A DNA stretch of 49,827 nucleotides from Candidatus Hadarchaeota archaeon (GTDB lineage Archaea; Hadarchaeota; Hadarchaeia; Hadarchaeales; JAGGTB01), in contig CAYLJV010000008.1 in the NCBI GenBank assembly GCA_964384105.1, forward strand, positions 1 through 49,827, in the 5' to 3' direction. Made by a program: the position numbers and the translations under genes. Numbering within the stretch: position 1 is the stretch's first letter; every line of letters starts with the position of its first letter. Below the pieces are notes generated by a model, which worked only from the letters and a program-made list of their open reading frames with translations, made no database searches and had not been told where the DNA came from. This document shows, piece after piece, positions 18,092 to 28,351 of the stretch.

Positions 18092-18365
18092 ATATTTCGT
18101 TCAAGCTAGTTGAACTTTTAAGATTTACAATCGTAAATTCAAAAATTAATCAAAGGAAGATTGGCCGAAGAGTCTCATTGCAAATTTTTTAAAATATTTT
18201 GAAGATAGACTAAATATCCCCGAAAATGCCAAGTAATCTGAATCGAAAAAAGACTTATCAGTTATCTGTCTTTGGCCAAATGAAAGTCTTTATTGTAAAT
18301 TTCTTTGATTAAAAAAATCTAAACTGGCCCTAAGCTTTCACGATTAATATAAAAAATAAAAAATG

Positions 18366-18443
18366 TGGTGCCCCGACCGGGATTTGAACCCGGGTCACCG
18401 GCTCGAAAGGCCGGAATGCTTGGCCGGACTACACCATCGGGGC
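18366..18443 (-). tRNA. tRNA-Glu(TTC)
   Basis: cloverleaf GCCCCGA...CCGGC-CTTTCGA-GCCGG...TTCAAAT...TCGGGGC ACCA. Confidence 0.96.
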
Positions 18444-18589
18444 ACAGTTGTAAATCACTACACTACATACAATAACATTAGACTACTAAAACCTTTTAAT
18501 CAAAAGTTTTTCTGTTTTATTTTTCCTGCCCCCTCCTATCTTTTAAGACTTTTAATTCAGGAAAAATAATTTCGTTCTGAGGGCGTATT

Positions 18590-19109
18590 TTGAGAAATAA
18601 CCGAGTCAAAAAACTCGGATTGGGACTCTTGGTTATAGTAGTTATCTTAGCGACAGTTGGGGGATACCTTCTCCTCTCCGGAGGGACTGCAGGAAACAGT
18701 AGGGAAAACGGCGAAATCATTACCAGCATAGATTTTCGACTCCAAGGTTTCGAGGCAGGCAACCTAGGTGGGGATATACGCTATCGGGGCAAGGGAATCA
18801 ACACCGACTCACCAAAATTAAGAATTGACACAATAGGAGCTGAAGATGTCCTCATTTTTAACTACGACGAAAACATCGAATACACATACACGGGAAGCTC
18901 TTGGATCAAATTTCTATCGCTCAAACTGGCCCATACACGGGACTTGGGGAATGGATCACAGAAATATCTCAAGAAGGGGAGGAACTTACGAAGAAACCTA
19001 CAGCGAATGGACCGTAAAAGTTACGATAAACGGAGTGAATCCCAATTTGCAAGATGATTTGTTCTCACCACACGAGAATGCTACTGTAGAAGAATTTGAT
19101 ACAACATAG
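18590..19109 (+). pseudogene. frameshifted membrane-anchored secreted protein (LolA/DUF4412-like fold suspected)
   Basis: N-terminal TM ORF 18590 continues in the +1 frame near 18911; C-terminal VNPNLQDDLFSP motif. Confidence 0.55.
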
Positions 19110-19306
19110 ATTATTTGAAACTAACCAGCTGCTGAAATAGAAACAACGAGTCACTCAACTATAGCACTTTACCTGCCCATCCTATTCAAAAATATAGTTC
19201 AGTAAAGATACAGTCAGTGGCATTCACTAACTTCGATTACCAATAATATTTGTGAAAATCCAAGTACTTCGATAGTTAATCTGATATGCTATAAAGAGAA
19301 AATAAA

Positions 19307-19549
19307 TTGGGGAGTGAACTGAACGAAGCGTATATTTTTGTAAAAGCCGGGATGGGAAAAGAATCCAAAATCAAGGACGAAATAAGAAAACTAAAACGTG
19401 TAGAAAGTATACGCATGGTCGTAGGAATTTACGATTTCATAGTTTTCGCAAAAGCAGGAAATTTAGACGAGATAACTAATCTAGTAGTCAACGAAATCCA
19501 AGAGATAGAAGGGGTAAAAGACACTTACACATCAATAGTAACAAGATAG
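19307..19549 (+). CDS. stand-alone Lrp/AsnC ligand-binding (RAM) domain protein
   Basis: AYIFVK..G.YD....IEGVKDTYTSIV. Confidence 0.85.
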   Translation: MGSELNEAYIFVKAGMGKESKIKDEIRKLKRVESIRMVVGIYDFIVFAKAGNLDEITNLVVNEIQEIEGVKDTYTSIVTR

Positions 19550-19593
19550 ATTCGGAACCGCTAATTTCACCATATTTTCTTTTAAAATTCATA

Positions 19594-20526
19594 TTAAGTG
19601 TTTAATTCTATCTCTAGTTCATCCGCTACTTCCTTGTATCTGTTTCTAACAGTAACCTCGGTCACTCCTGCAACTTGTGCAACTTCCCTCTGAGTTCTTC
19701 TTTCCCCACATTTTAAGGCAGCTATATACAAACAGGCAGCAGCCATTCCACTGGGACTTTTTCCAGACGTCAATTTTTTCTTCTGGACCCTCTTTATCAG
19801 GTTAACGGCCTCGATTTGAACCTCACCAGAAATATCAAGCTCACTTCCAAATCTCGTCACATAGCTTGCCGGATCAGTCGGAGGAAGGTGGATATCCAAT
19901 TTCCGTGTTAAAAACATGTAACTACTGGTTATTTTTTTCATCTTAACACGGCTTACCGCCTCGATTTCTTCGAGAGTTCTCGGCATTCCTGATTCCCGAC
20001 ACGCTGCGTACAAAGCAGCCGATGCCACGCCCTCAATAGATCTCCCCCGAACCACACCCTCATCTACAGCCTTTCTGTAAATTTTGGACGCAATCTCTTG
20101 AGTACTTCGAGGAAGGCCAAGTTGAGAGGTCATTCTGCTCATTTCGTTAAATGCAATAATTAAATTTCTATCACCCGAGCTGGTGATCTTGCTTCTATTA
20201 TCCCATTTCCTCAGCCTATACATCTGCTGGGACCGCTTTGGAGTAAGATTCTTGCCCCTCGCATCTCGATTCTTCCAGTCTATCCGAGTGGAAAGTCCCC
20301 TATCATGGATCGTTTCTGTAGAAGGTGGTCCCGCTCGACTTTTTTCTTCTCTCTGTTCGTTGTCGAAGGCCCTCCATTCTGGACCCCGGTCTTTCATGTC
20401 CTCCTCTACGATTCTGCCGCAATCGGCACATACTCGAAAGTTGTGCTGATAGTCCCTAACTATGGAATTACTGCCACAGGCGGGACATCCCCTGGATTCC
20501 TTCTCGGAACCCTTAATAGAACTCAC
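19594..20526 (-). CDS. tfb: transcription initiation factor IIB
   Basis: CPAC/CADC Zn ribbon, GPEWRAF B-finger, GRSIE, GKSP, VTEVTVRNRYKE. Confidence 0.97.
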   Translation of the reverse strand: MSSIKGSEKESRGCPACGSNSIVRDYQHNFRVCADCGRIVEEDMKDRGPEWRAFDNEQREEKSRAGPPSTETIHDRGLSTRIDWKNRDARGKNLTPKRSQQMYRLRKWDNRSKITSSGDRNLIIAFNEMSRMTSQLGLPRSTQEIASKIYRKAVDEGVVRGRSIEGVASAALYAACRESGMPRTLEEIEAVSRVKMKKITSSYMFLTRKLDIHLPPTDPASYVTRFGSELDISGEVQIEAVNLIKRVQKKKLTSGKSPSGMAAACLYIAALKCGERRTQREVAQVAGVTEVTVRNRYKEVADELEIELNT

Positions 20527-20613
20527 GTTATTAACTATTTTCTTACTACTTGATAGCGTTATCCCAAAAAGACCGCTTTAAATTCGACATTATCTGTAAA
20601 GCGCCGAAATTTT

Positions 20614-21165
20614 CTAAGAGATTTTACTCATTAAATCCTTCGCAACAGCTTCATGTATTTCCAAAGCCTTGCTGCTATGCAACACAAAGCCAACTTTTTC
20701 AACATTGGTAAGACTCTCTGTCTCTTGAACCACCGTCTGTAATGCTATTTCCGCCGCCTCATCCATTGGATAGCCGAACGCACCTGTCGAAATTGCTGGA
20801 AAAGCAACAGAGTCAATCTCCTCCTCTTCGGCTATTTGAAGGGCGTTTTTGTAGCAATCGGCTAGTAACTTATCTGAAGGCTCATCACGTCCGTAAATAG
20901 GCCCTAAGCAATGAATGACTTTGTCATTGGGCAAGCTGAACGCATCAGTTATAACGGCCTGGCCCGGTTCTATCGGAGCTAATGGCCGGCAGGCTTTATC
21001 CAGTTCCGGTCCAGCAGCTCGGTGTATTGCTCCAGCAACGCCACCGCCGGGTCTTAGCCGAGCATTTGCAGCATTGACAACGGCTGTATAATCTTCTTGG
21101 GAGACTATATCCCCTTGTCGTAACTCCAAAACTATTCCTTTAATCTTCTTTTTCATTTCTATCAT
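20614..21165 (-). CDS. macro domain (ADP-ribose binding/hydrolase) protein
   Basis: GDI, VVNAAN, GGGVAGAIH, FPAISTGAFGYP. Confidence 0.93.
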   Translation of the reverse strand: MIEMKKKIKGIVLELRQGDIVSQEDYTAVVNAANARLRPGGGVAGAIHRAAGPELDKACRPLAPIEPGQAVITDAFSLPNDKVIHCLGPIYGRDEPSDKLLADCYKNALQIAEEEEIDSVAFPAISTGAFGYPMDEAAEIALQTVVQETESLTNVEKVGFVLHSSKALEIHEAVAKDLMSKIS

Positions 21166-21343
21166 TGAATGTTTCTTTCCAAAAAGTTAAAAATCTTCAA
21201 ATTCCACAGTCCACCCACCATTAGCGATCGGTGTTTACGAAACAATAATCCCCATAGCAATAGCTTCGGTGGCAACCTCTAGTAAAACTATATAGTTATT
21301 TTTCTTCCCTTTTTATTTTCTAAAAAGATGAAAGTATATTGGG

Positions 21344-21463
21344 AGTGTGAAGAGCCGGCCGTCTGAGTCTCCGAGCCCTGTTGATGGACCTTACCAGATC
21401 TCGACTAAACCCCCTGGTTAAAAGGGCATTCCGTCATAATTTTTCCGGCCGGCCACTCTCACT
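21344..21463 (-). ncRNA. unidentified structured RNA closed by a BHB motif
   Basis: GC-rich intergenic island; minus strand AGTG-AGAG-TGG-CCGGCCG ... CGGCCGG-CTCT-TCA-CACT; internal hairpins with G-U pairs on the minus strand. Confidence 0.6.
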
Positions 21464-21587
21464 TAGACAAAGTAAAAAAGGAAACGAGAAAAGATCATTC
21501 TTTACCTTTCCTGAAATTTTCTTCTAAAAAAATCGAAAGGAGACAGCACATTCCACCATATCTTAAGACTTGGAGAGTAAAAAATTC

Positions 21588-21603
21588 TAGTGGGCCTGGT
21601 GAG
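21588..21603. repeat. degenerate copy of the tRNA-Val 3' end (att-like)
   Basis: TAGTGGGCCTGGTGAG vs TGGTGGGCCCGGTGGG at 22686-22701, 13/16 identical, same orientation. Confidence 0.5.
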
Positions 21604-21789
21604 CTCCCTGCAAATAGGTTCGAACTTCCCTCTCAAATCAATCCTATGTTTTAGAACCTCCTTGAGAGAAATATATTTTCCAAAAAAACAAGTAATTCCA
21701 GAAAATTCATTGTTTTATCTATTGGACCATATCGAACCTAGATCAAACTTATTAGTATTTACTTACACATACATGCACTGGTGATTAGG

Positions 21790-22017
21790 ATGCCAAATAT
21801 GACGATAAGAATCCCCGAAGATCTGAAAAAAGAGATTGATAATCATCCAGAAATAAACTGGAGCGAGGTCGCCAGACAATCCATGTGGTCTTACATACAC
21901 AAGCTAGAAGTTGCGGAAAAAATAGCCTCGGAAAGCAAGTTGACCAAAAATGGAGCAGAAGAACTGAGCAAAAATCTCAAACACAAAATAGCAGAACACT
22001 ACAGGGAAAACACATGA
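21790..22017 (+). CDS. RHH antitoxin (VapB-like)
   Basis: MPNMTIRIPEDLK..EINWSEVAR; overlaps the toxin start (ATGA). Confidence 0.85.
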   Translation: MPNMTIRIPEDLKKEIDNHPEINWSEVARQSMWSYIHKLEVAEKIASESKLTKNGAEELSKNLKHKIAEHYRENT

Positions 22018-22430
22018 AGCTGGTCCTAGACACAAACGTCCTCTTCTCAGCCCTAATAGCCGGAGGAAAAACGAGAAAAATCATTATTACAGAAAATCAA
22101 AATCTATATGCACCCGAATACACCTTCATCGAGCTCGAAAACCATCAAGGCATGATTGAGAAAAAGACGAAACTAGACGAATCCGACCTACAACTACTAC
22201 TCAACATCCTTCTCGAAGAAATCAACATCGTGCCGAAACCAGAATTCGAAAATCAACTGCCAGAAGCCGAAAAGATTATCGGAGAAATAGATCCGGACGA
22301 TGTTCCATTTCTCGCACTGGCACTACATCTAAACGCAGATTTATGGTCGGACGACAAACACTTCCAAAATCAAAAAAAGGTAAACGTCTGGAAAACATCA
22401 CAACTCATCAAACACCTAAAAATTGAGTGA
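22014..22430 (+). CDS. vapC: PIN-domain toxin (VapC-like)
   Basis: MKLVLDTNVL, DPDDVPFLALA, LWSDDKHF. Confidence 0.9.
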   Translation: MKLVLDTNVLFSALIAGGKTRKIIITENQNLYAPEYTFIELENHQGMIEKKTKLDESDLQLLLNILLEEINIVPKPEFENQLPEAEKIIGEIDPDDVPFLALALHLNADLWSDDKHFQNQKKVNVWKTSQLIKHLKIE

Positions 22431-22685
22431 GACCATTGAAGAACATAGATGTCACACGACCCGTGAGATATTTTTTGGAATGCACAAGATAGAACTACAC
22501 ATCTCTTTTCTTTCCAATAATCAAAAGATACGCTTTCATATCGGTCAAAAATTTATGAGTATATCCAAACTTCAATCTTACATTAAATCAATCGTGAATT
22601 AACCGAAAAAATAATTATCTTCATTGCCTGTTGTAAATCTTTATTTTTGAGAGTTTTTACGAAAAGACTCCAAAGGAAAGGATTA

Positions 22686-22762
22686 TGGTGGGCCCGGTGG
22701 GATTCGAACCCACGGCCTTCGCCATGTGAAGGCGACGTCATAGCCAACTAGACCACGGGCCC
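22686..22762 (-). tRNA. tRNA-Val(CAC)
   Basis: GGGCCCG...TCGCC-TTCACAT-GGCGA...TTCGAAT...CGGGCCC ACCA. Confidence 0.96.
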
Positions 22763-22852
22763 TCTTAATACCTGACAATTACTTACCTTAAACTCATTTT
22801 GTTACTTAAGTAGAAAAGAAAAACTTGAGCAATTTATGATGTACAATCTCAT

Positions 22853-23248
22853 TTACTTCTCTAGAATGTTAACGTCCATGTCTTCAACTGCAGGTATCAT
22901 ACAAATAAACTGAGCTTCTCCTTCACCAATATTTTCATATTTATGAGGGATTCCTTCTGGTATTAAAAGAAAGCTTCCTTTTCGAACATCATACTTCTCA
23001 TTCCCGATAGTAACTTCCATTTTTCCTTTGAGAACGTATTGGATATGATGTAAATTATCGTGTTTATGTAGGACCATTTTCCCTCCTGGTGCTAAAGTAT
23101 ATTTCCGCATATAACAATCTACATCGCAATCTTTTCCTATCAACCATTGAACAAAAAATCCATCTGCTCGTTCAACTTCTTCCTTTTCCACGTTATCAGA
23201 ATGGGACACCACATGCAATTTTGAGTTTTCTTCAGTCATCACATTCAA
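22853..23248 (-). CDS. cupin domain protein
   Basis: LHKH...YVLKG, IPEGIPH. Confidence 0.88.
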   Translation of the reverse strand: MNVMTEENSKLHVVSHSDNVEKEEVERADGFFVQWLIGKDCDVDCYMRKYTLAPGGKMVLHKHDNLHHIQYVLKGKMEVTIGNEKYDVRKGSFLLIPEGIPHKYENIGEGEAQFICMIPAVEDMDVNILEK

Positions 23249-23297
23249 AATTAAACTATCAGGTTAAAAGACTTCCTTTATTCCAATCTCCCGATAG

Positions 23298-24344
23298 CTA
23301 GATTATGGCTGGGTAGAAGTAGATAATAAGAGCTAAGAGAACTAGTAGAAGTCCCCAAACCACCACTGCTCTTTTAACAAATCTTTTAGCTTTCTTTTTC
23401 TCCCACCATTGTCTCGGGTCAATTCCCTGAATAACAAAAGTGATTATACCTGACAGGTTAAGACTAACCAGATACACAAGAAACAGCAATGTGGCCCCAA
23501 GAGCACTAATCCAATTATATGAACCTATCAGCAAGCCAATAATAACAAGCGGTGGCAAAAGGGCCACTGCAACCATAACACCGACTAAAGCTCTGGATAC
23601 ATCTCTCGTTATAGATAGGGACCCTGCCACTCCAGCCGATAAAGCGAGGAGTATATACAGCATGCTCACCTGAGTTCTCGCTGTGATCTGTGGATTTGAA
23701 ACACTAACATTGAAGAATAACCCAAAGAGAATGCCTACACCAACTGCAAGCGCAAATCCTACAGCACCCGTTGCCAACGCGCTTTTTGCGAGTTTGGAAT
23801 CTGCAAGAGTTGTGGCAAAGGACAGTGCCATAATTGGAGTGATAAGAGGAGCAATAACCATAGATCCAATAATAACTGCGACATCATTCCGAAGCACCCC
23901 AATGGCCGCCACGACGGAGGCAAGTAAAATGAGAACCACATACGTTTTGGAAATTTCGGCATCTTCCATTATATTCTGATAAATCTCCTGTACCGATTTT
24001 CTCTCTGCCGATTTTTTCTCGGATTTCTTTTTTTCTTTCTCTTTTTCATCTTCCTCCTCTTTTTCCTGTATCGGTATTGTAGCCTCCGGCGACAGAATTA
24101 TGATTCTGAAATCTTCCAAATCAGAAAACTTATTTTGAAGAATATCCAAGGCTGCTTCGGTACATTCCGAAGGAAGCAATACTTTAGTAATAACTTCTTC
24201 GTCAGTTTTCTCTCGCCAAATTTTTATTATGCTTATGTCATCAAACAAGCCCTCAATATCTGCCTTAGCTGGGGGGGAATAATCCTTACTCGCCTTAGGG
24301 TGATGTATTTCCAATAATCTTAGTGGCATCTTCAATAAACCCAA
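23298..24344 (-). CDS. TIGR00341/DUF389 membrane protein
   Basis: AVIIGSMVIAPL, LVGVMVAVALLPP; multiple TM helices. Confidence 0.85.
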   Translation of the reverse strand: MGLLKMPLRLLEIHHPKASKDYSPPAKADIEGLFDDISIIKIWREKTDEEVITKVLLPSECTEAALDILQNKFSDLEDFRIIILSPEATIPIQEKEEEDEKEKEKKKSEKKSAERKSVQEIYQNIMEDAEISKTYVVLILLASVVAAIGVLRNDVAVIIGSMVIAPLITPIMALSFATTLADSKLAKSALATGAVGFALAVGVGILFGLFFNVSVSNPQITARTQVSMLYILLALSAGVAGSLSITRDVSRALVGVMVAVALLPPLVIIGLLIGSYNWISALGATLLFLVYLVSLNLSGIITFVIQGIDPRQWWEKKKAKRFVKRAVVVWGLLLVLLALIIYFYPAII

Positions 24345-24418
24345 AAATCTATCGATTTCATTTTACTATTTAGTAGAATGCAAATAATACAATTTTCCAA
24401 ATTATTTAATAAAAAGTG

Positions 24419-25159
24419 TTATCTTTTGATTGAATCGACCAGATTTTCTACCATCTCAAACTTATCTTCTGCTCTTTCCACGAGAGTCCCAGTAACAATA
24501 ATATCCGCACCCGCCTCAACTATCTCAACAGCTTGTTTCGACTCTCTTATTCCTCCACCGACGATCAAAGTAGAATCCACTGACTCCTTTACAGCTTTGA
24601 CCATTCTAGGAGGAACGGGTTTCTCCGCGCCGGAACCAGCTTCCAAGTAAACGGAACTCATTCCAAAATAATATGAAGCGAGGGAATAACCCACAACTGA
24701 TTCCAGATCATCACGAGCTATTAAATCGGCTTTTCCAACCTTTCCAACCGTACCACCAGGCTCTATAATCAGATAAGCCAGAGAGATTGGCTCGATACCA
24801 AATTTCTTAACAAAAGGAGCTCCTCTCCTCTGGGCCCCAGTTATATAGAAAGGATCTTTGGAATTTAAAAGACTCATAAAAAATATTGCATCCGCTTTCC
24901 TGCTTATCCCACCTTCACTCGCTGGAAAAAGAATGGTAGGTTTATCCGTGTTTTTCTTTACATTCTTAACCGTTTCATCGAGTATAGAACCCTCCGCGCT
25001 GGTTGAACCTCCGATCATGATACCGTCCGTACCCGCTGAATCCGCCTGCGAAGCTATAGTTCCAGCAACCTCCGGCTCTTGCTCATCTGGGTCTATGAGG
25101 GTAAGATGGACTGCACCCTCTTCGGAAACAATCTTTTCCAAATATTTCCGAACCTTCAT
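24419..25159 (-). CDS. geranylgeranylglyceryl phosphate synthase
   Basis: [36 protein letters not shown]. Confidence 0.95.
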   Translation of the reverse strand: MKVRKYLEKIVSEEGAVHLTLIDPDEQEPEVAGTIASQADSAGTDGIMIGGSTSAEGSILDETVKNVKKNTDKPTILFPASEGGISRKADAIFFMSLLNSKDPFYITGAQRRGAPFVKKFGIEPISLAYLIIEPGGTVGKVGKADLIARDDLESVVGYSLASYYFGMSSVYLEAGSGAEKPVPPRMVKAVKESVDSTLIVGGGIRESKQAVEIVEAGADIIVTGTLVERAEDKFEMVENLVDSIKR

Positions 25160-25302
25160 CCACGAGGCTCCCTAGATTTCATCCTTAGACGACCATAACC
25201 ACACTTACGGCACTTTGTGGCTCTGGGTGGATTTCTAGCATTGCATCGCATGCAGATCTTTTTATTAAATATTCTAGCTTCTGCTTCTTTGAATCTAGCC
25301 AT
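25156..25302 (-). CDS. rpl40e: 50S ribosomal protein L40e (not in ORF track)
   Basis: [48 protein letters not shown]; known synteny with GGGPS. Confidence 0.95.
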   Translation of the reverse strand: MARFKEAEARIFNKKICMRCNARNPPRATKCRKCGYGRLRMKSREPRG

Positions 25303-25307
25303 TATTC

Positions 25308-26822
25308 TCACCAATACTCCTTAGCTCTTAATATCGCTGTTGGTATTTTATCTTTTACATCTGTTGCAATAAATTGATAGCCCGTCTCCAGCTCACATAT
25401 ATCGCCTGCAAGGCCATTTAAGAACAATCCTGCTGCACCCGCTCTAAACAGGTCAGCCCCCTGCGATATTAGCGCACCAACAACGCCTGCAAGAACATCC
25501 CCAGTTCCCCCAACTGTCATCCCCGGATTGCCTGTATCGTTCAAAATGACCCGCCCATCTGGCCCAGCACAGATATCAATAGGAGATTTAAGCAAGATGA
25601 CAACATCATATTCTTCAGCAACTTTTGAGACCTGCTTTATCTTTTCATCCTGATCCTTTGATAAACTAAACCCCGAGAGATATTCAAATTCCTTGGTATG
25701 GGGTGTAACTATGCACTCCAAATCACTCAAAAGTTTCGGTTCCTTGGAAGCAAGTTTAAGCCCATCTGCGTCCAGAAGCACTGGAACCTTGGAGTATTCC
25801 TCGACCAAAAGATTTAGCAATTCAAAAAGTGCCTGTTCCGTATCATCGGAGGTACCCAAACCCGGCCCTAAAACGACCGAAGGGGATTTTTCTAACTCTG
25901 ATTCGAGGAGCGGAATACCTTCCGGGCTAAAATCCTTCCCGGGAAGGCCCAAAGCGATTAAATCAGGAGAAAAAGAACTCACTATCTCGGCAGTCTTTGC
26001 GGGAGCAGCTACCGTAGCAAGGTCCGCCCCAGTGTTCAAAGCAGCAAGAGCTGCATGAGCTGGTGCTCCAGCGTACTGTGAACCACCACCTATTACGAGT
26101 ACCCTCCCATTTTGCCCCTTGTGAGAAGTAGGCTTCCTGTGATGTACGGCCATTTGAACATCTCCCGGGCCAGCAAACTCCTCAGCAGTTTTCGGAATCC
26201 CTATATCTGCGACTACCATATAGCCAGTAACGTCTTTCTTCGTATTTTCCAAACCCGACTTAGTATCGTGGAAGGTCACCGTGAGGTCACACTCAACAGC
26301 ACTTCCCTGAACGGATCCCGTCGCAGGGTCCAAACCAGTAGGAACATCCAGAGCCACCTTATAAGCTTCGATTTTATTTATGAAAGAAACAGCAGAAGCT
26401 GCAGGTTCTCTTAACTCTCCGCTAATTCCCGTGCCCAACATTGCATCGACTATAACGTCTGCATCTACTTCCAATTCATCAAAATCCTTGGAATCCCTTA
26501 TAAATCGAATATTTACATTTCGCCGCATCTGAGACAAAATATCCCAGTTTGCCCGGGCATCATCAGTATATATGTCTCTGGGTCTGCCCAAAAGGAAAAC
26601 ATCCACCCCAACGCCCATATTAACTAAATGTCTGGCGACGACAAAACCGTCTCCCCCATTATTACCAGTCCCTGAAAAAATAGCCACCTTTTTCTTTGAA
26701 GAACTATGTTCCATGATCGTCCTAGCCGTTTGAGCCCCGGCATTCTCCATTAATAAATATCTGGAAATGCCTCTCCATTCAGAATTTGCCTCCAGGGCAG
26801 CCATTCGTTCCAAAGTAATCAT
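25308..26822 (-). CDS. nnr: bifunctional NAD(P)H-hydrate epimerase/dehydratase
   Basis: [32 protein letters not shown]. Confidence 0.95.
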   Translation of the reverse strand: MITLERMAALEANSEWRGISRYLLMENAGAQTARTIMEHSSSKKKVAIFSGTGNNGGDGFVVARHLVNMGVGVDVFLLGRPRDIYTDDARANWDILSQMRRNVNIRFIRDSKDFDELEVDADVIVDAMLGTGISGELREPAASAVSFINKIEAYKVALDVPTGLDPATGSVQGSAVECDLTVTFHDTKSGLENTKKDVTGYMVVADIGIPKTAEEFAGPGDVQMAVHHRKPTSHKGQNGRVLVIGGGSQYAGAPAHAALAALNTGADLATVAAPAKTAEIVSSFSPDLIALGLPGKDFSPEGIPLLESELEKSPSVVLGPGLGTSDDTEQALFELLNLLVEEYSKVPVLLDADGLKLASKEPKLLSDLECIVTPHTKEFEYLSGFSLSKDQDEKIKQVSKVAEEYDVVILLKSPIDICAGPDGRVILNDTGNPGMTVGGTGDVLAGVVGALISQGADLFRAGAAGLFLNGLAGDICELETGYQFIATDVKDKIPTAILRAKEYW

Positions 26823-27040
26823 GATTACACCTATGAAAAGAAGTCATCAAACCTAATTAAAAAGGTATGGGAAATTATCTGAACGTTTTTCTGCAAAATA
26901 AAGGGAATAAAAGTACTGTAACTCCAAAAACTAATTCAAAAATAGAACTAGAGAAACAAAAGCTCAACTTATAATGGGTATTTAAAGTAATTATTTAAAC
27001 GTAACTGTAAAATTCGTTATTGCGAATCAAGGTAGGTTAA

Positions 27041-28351
27041 ATGAGTTTCAAACCACACTTAGAAATAAACGAAAATGGCGAACTCACGATAGGAGATATA
27101 GAAGCCGCTCAGATAGCTGAAAAATTTGGTACTCCCCTCTATGTAGTCGATGAAAACCGCCTCAGAGAAAATTACAGGAGGTTTTACGCCGCATTCGATA
27201 GTCAATGGGATGATATATCTGTTTGCTATGCTTACAAAGCTAACTCAAACTCGGCAATCTGTAAGGTTCTGGAAGACGAAGGCTCCGGAGCCGAAATAGG
27301 ATCTATGTGTGAACTCAAAATAGCTCTTGAAATAGAGACCCCTGGAGAAAAAATAGTATTCAATGCCAATAATAAGTCTGAGTCCGAGATAGAACTCTCG
27401 ATAAAAGAAGGAGTACTAATAAATATAGACAATCTCCAGGAACTCGACTTAGTCAATAGAGTAGCCAACAACTTGAATAAAAAAGCGAATGTCGGGTTTA
27501 GAGTTAACCCGGACGTAAAAGCTCCAACTCACCCTCATATATCTACCGGCTTAAGGGAAAGCAAATTTGGTCTAGACGTTCCAAGTGGAAAAGCACTCAA
27601 AGCATATCAAAAGGCTTCAAAAATGGAAAATATAGAAATTAAAGCAATTCATTCTCATATCGGTTCTCAGATACTCGATCCGGATCCCTTTGTAGAACAA
27701 GCGGAAAAAATGATGGAACTTCGAGCGGAAATAGAGCAAAAAACGGGAATAGAACTGGAGGTAGTAGATTTAGGTGGAGGATTAGGAATTCCGTACAGAC
27801 CGGAGGAAAAAGAGCTGCCACCAGAAAAACTAGCTTCGAAGGTTACGACCCAATTGAATGAATCTCTAGAGAAACATGGGCTTTCCAAACCAAAACTAAT
27901 ATTAGAACCAGGTCGATCGATAGTGGCTGACTCGAGTATACTTCTCGGGAAAGTGGGCTATATAAAAGAGAGGAAAAACATTCCTACTTGGATTTCGATA
28001 GATGCCGGAATGAATGCTTTAATCAGACCAGCCCTCTACGATTCATACCATCATATTGAAGTTGTTCAAAAGATGAAAGTCGAAAAGACCGAGGATATCA
28101 ACATAGCCGGTCCCTTATGTGAATCAGGCGATTATCTAGGTAAAAATAGAAAACTTCCTTCAGTCGACCAGGGGGATATCATAGCTGTATATGATGTCGG
28201 AGCTTATGGCCTCTCAATGTCTAGTCAACACACCGGAAACCGTCGCCCTGCAATGGTAATGGTAAAATCGGGTGAGACAGAAATTATTAGAAAAAGAGAA
28301 AAGTGTGAAGACTTAACTAGACTCGATAGAATACCCCGGTGGTTAAAATGA
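27041..28351 (+). CDS. lysA: diaminopimelate decarboxylase
   Basis: YAYKAN, SKFG, HSHIGSQ, EPGR, CESGD. Confidence 0.96.
   Translation: MSFKPHLEINENGELTIGDIEAAQIAEKFGTPLYVVDENRLRENYRRFYAAFDSQWDDISVCYAYKANSNSAICKVLEDEGSGAEIGSMCELKIALEIETPGEKIVFNANNKSESEIELSIKEGVLINIDNLQELDLVNRVANNLNKKANVGFRVNPDVKAPTHPHISTGLRESKFGLDVPSGKALKAYQKASKMENIEIKAIHSHIGSQILDPDPFVEQAEKMMELRAEIEQKTGIELEVVDLGGGLGIPYRPEEKELPPEKLASKVTTQLNESLEKHGLSKPKLILEPGRSIVADSSILLGKVGYIKERKNIPTWISIDAGMNALIRPALYDSYHHIEVVQKMKVEKTEDINIAGPLCESGDYLGKNRKLPSVDQGDIIAVYDVGAYGLSMSSQHTGNRRPAMVMVKSGETEIIRKREKCEDLTRLDRIPRWLK

Noticed and set aside
18363-18569. ORF 18363..18569 (likewise 35093..35488)
   Set aside because: Spurious frames overlapping tRNA genes
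21344-21463. Identification as 5S rRNA, SRP RNA, RNase P RNA, SECIS or a 16S fragment
   Set aside because: Lacks 5S loop C/E, SRP helix 8 and RNase P P4 signatures; the 16S-like stretch is short and isolated
21885-22013. Extended N-terminus of the PIN toxin ORF
   Set aside because: Overlaps the antitoxin; the real start is ATG 22014
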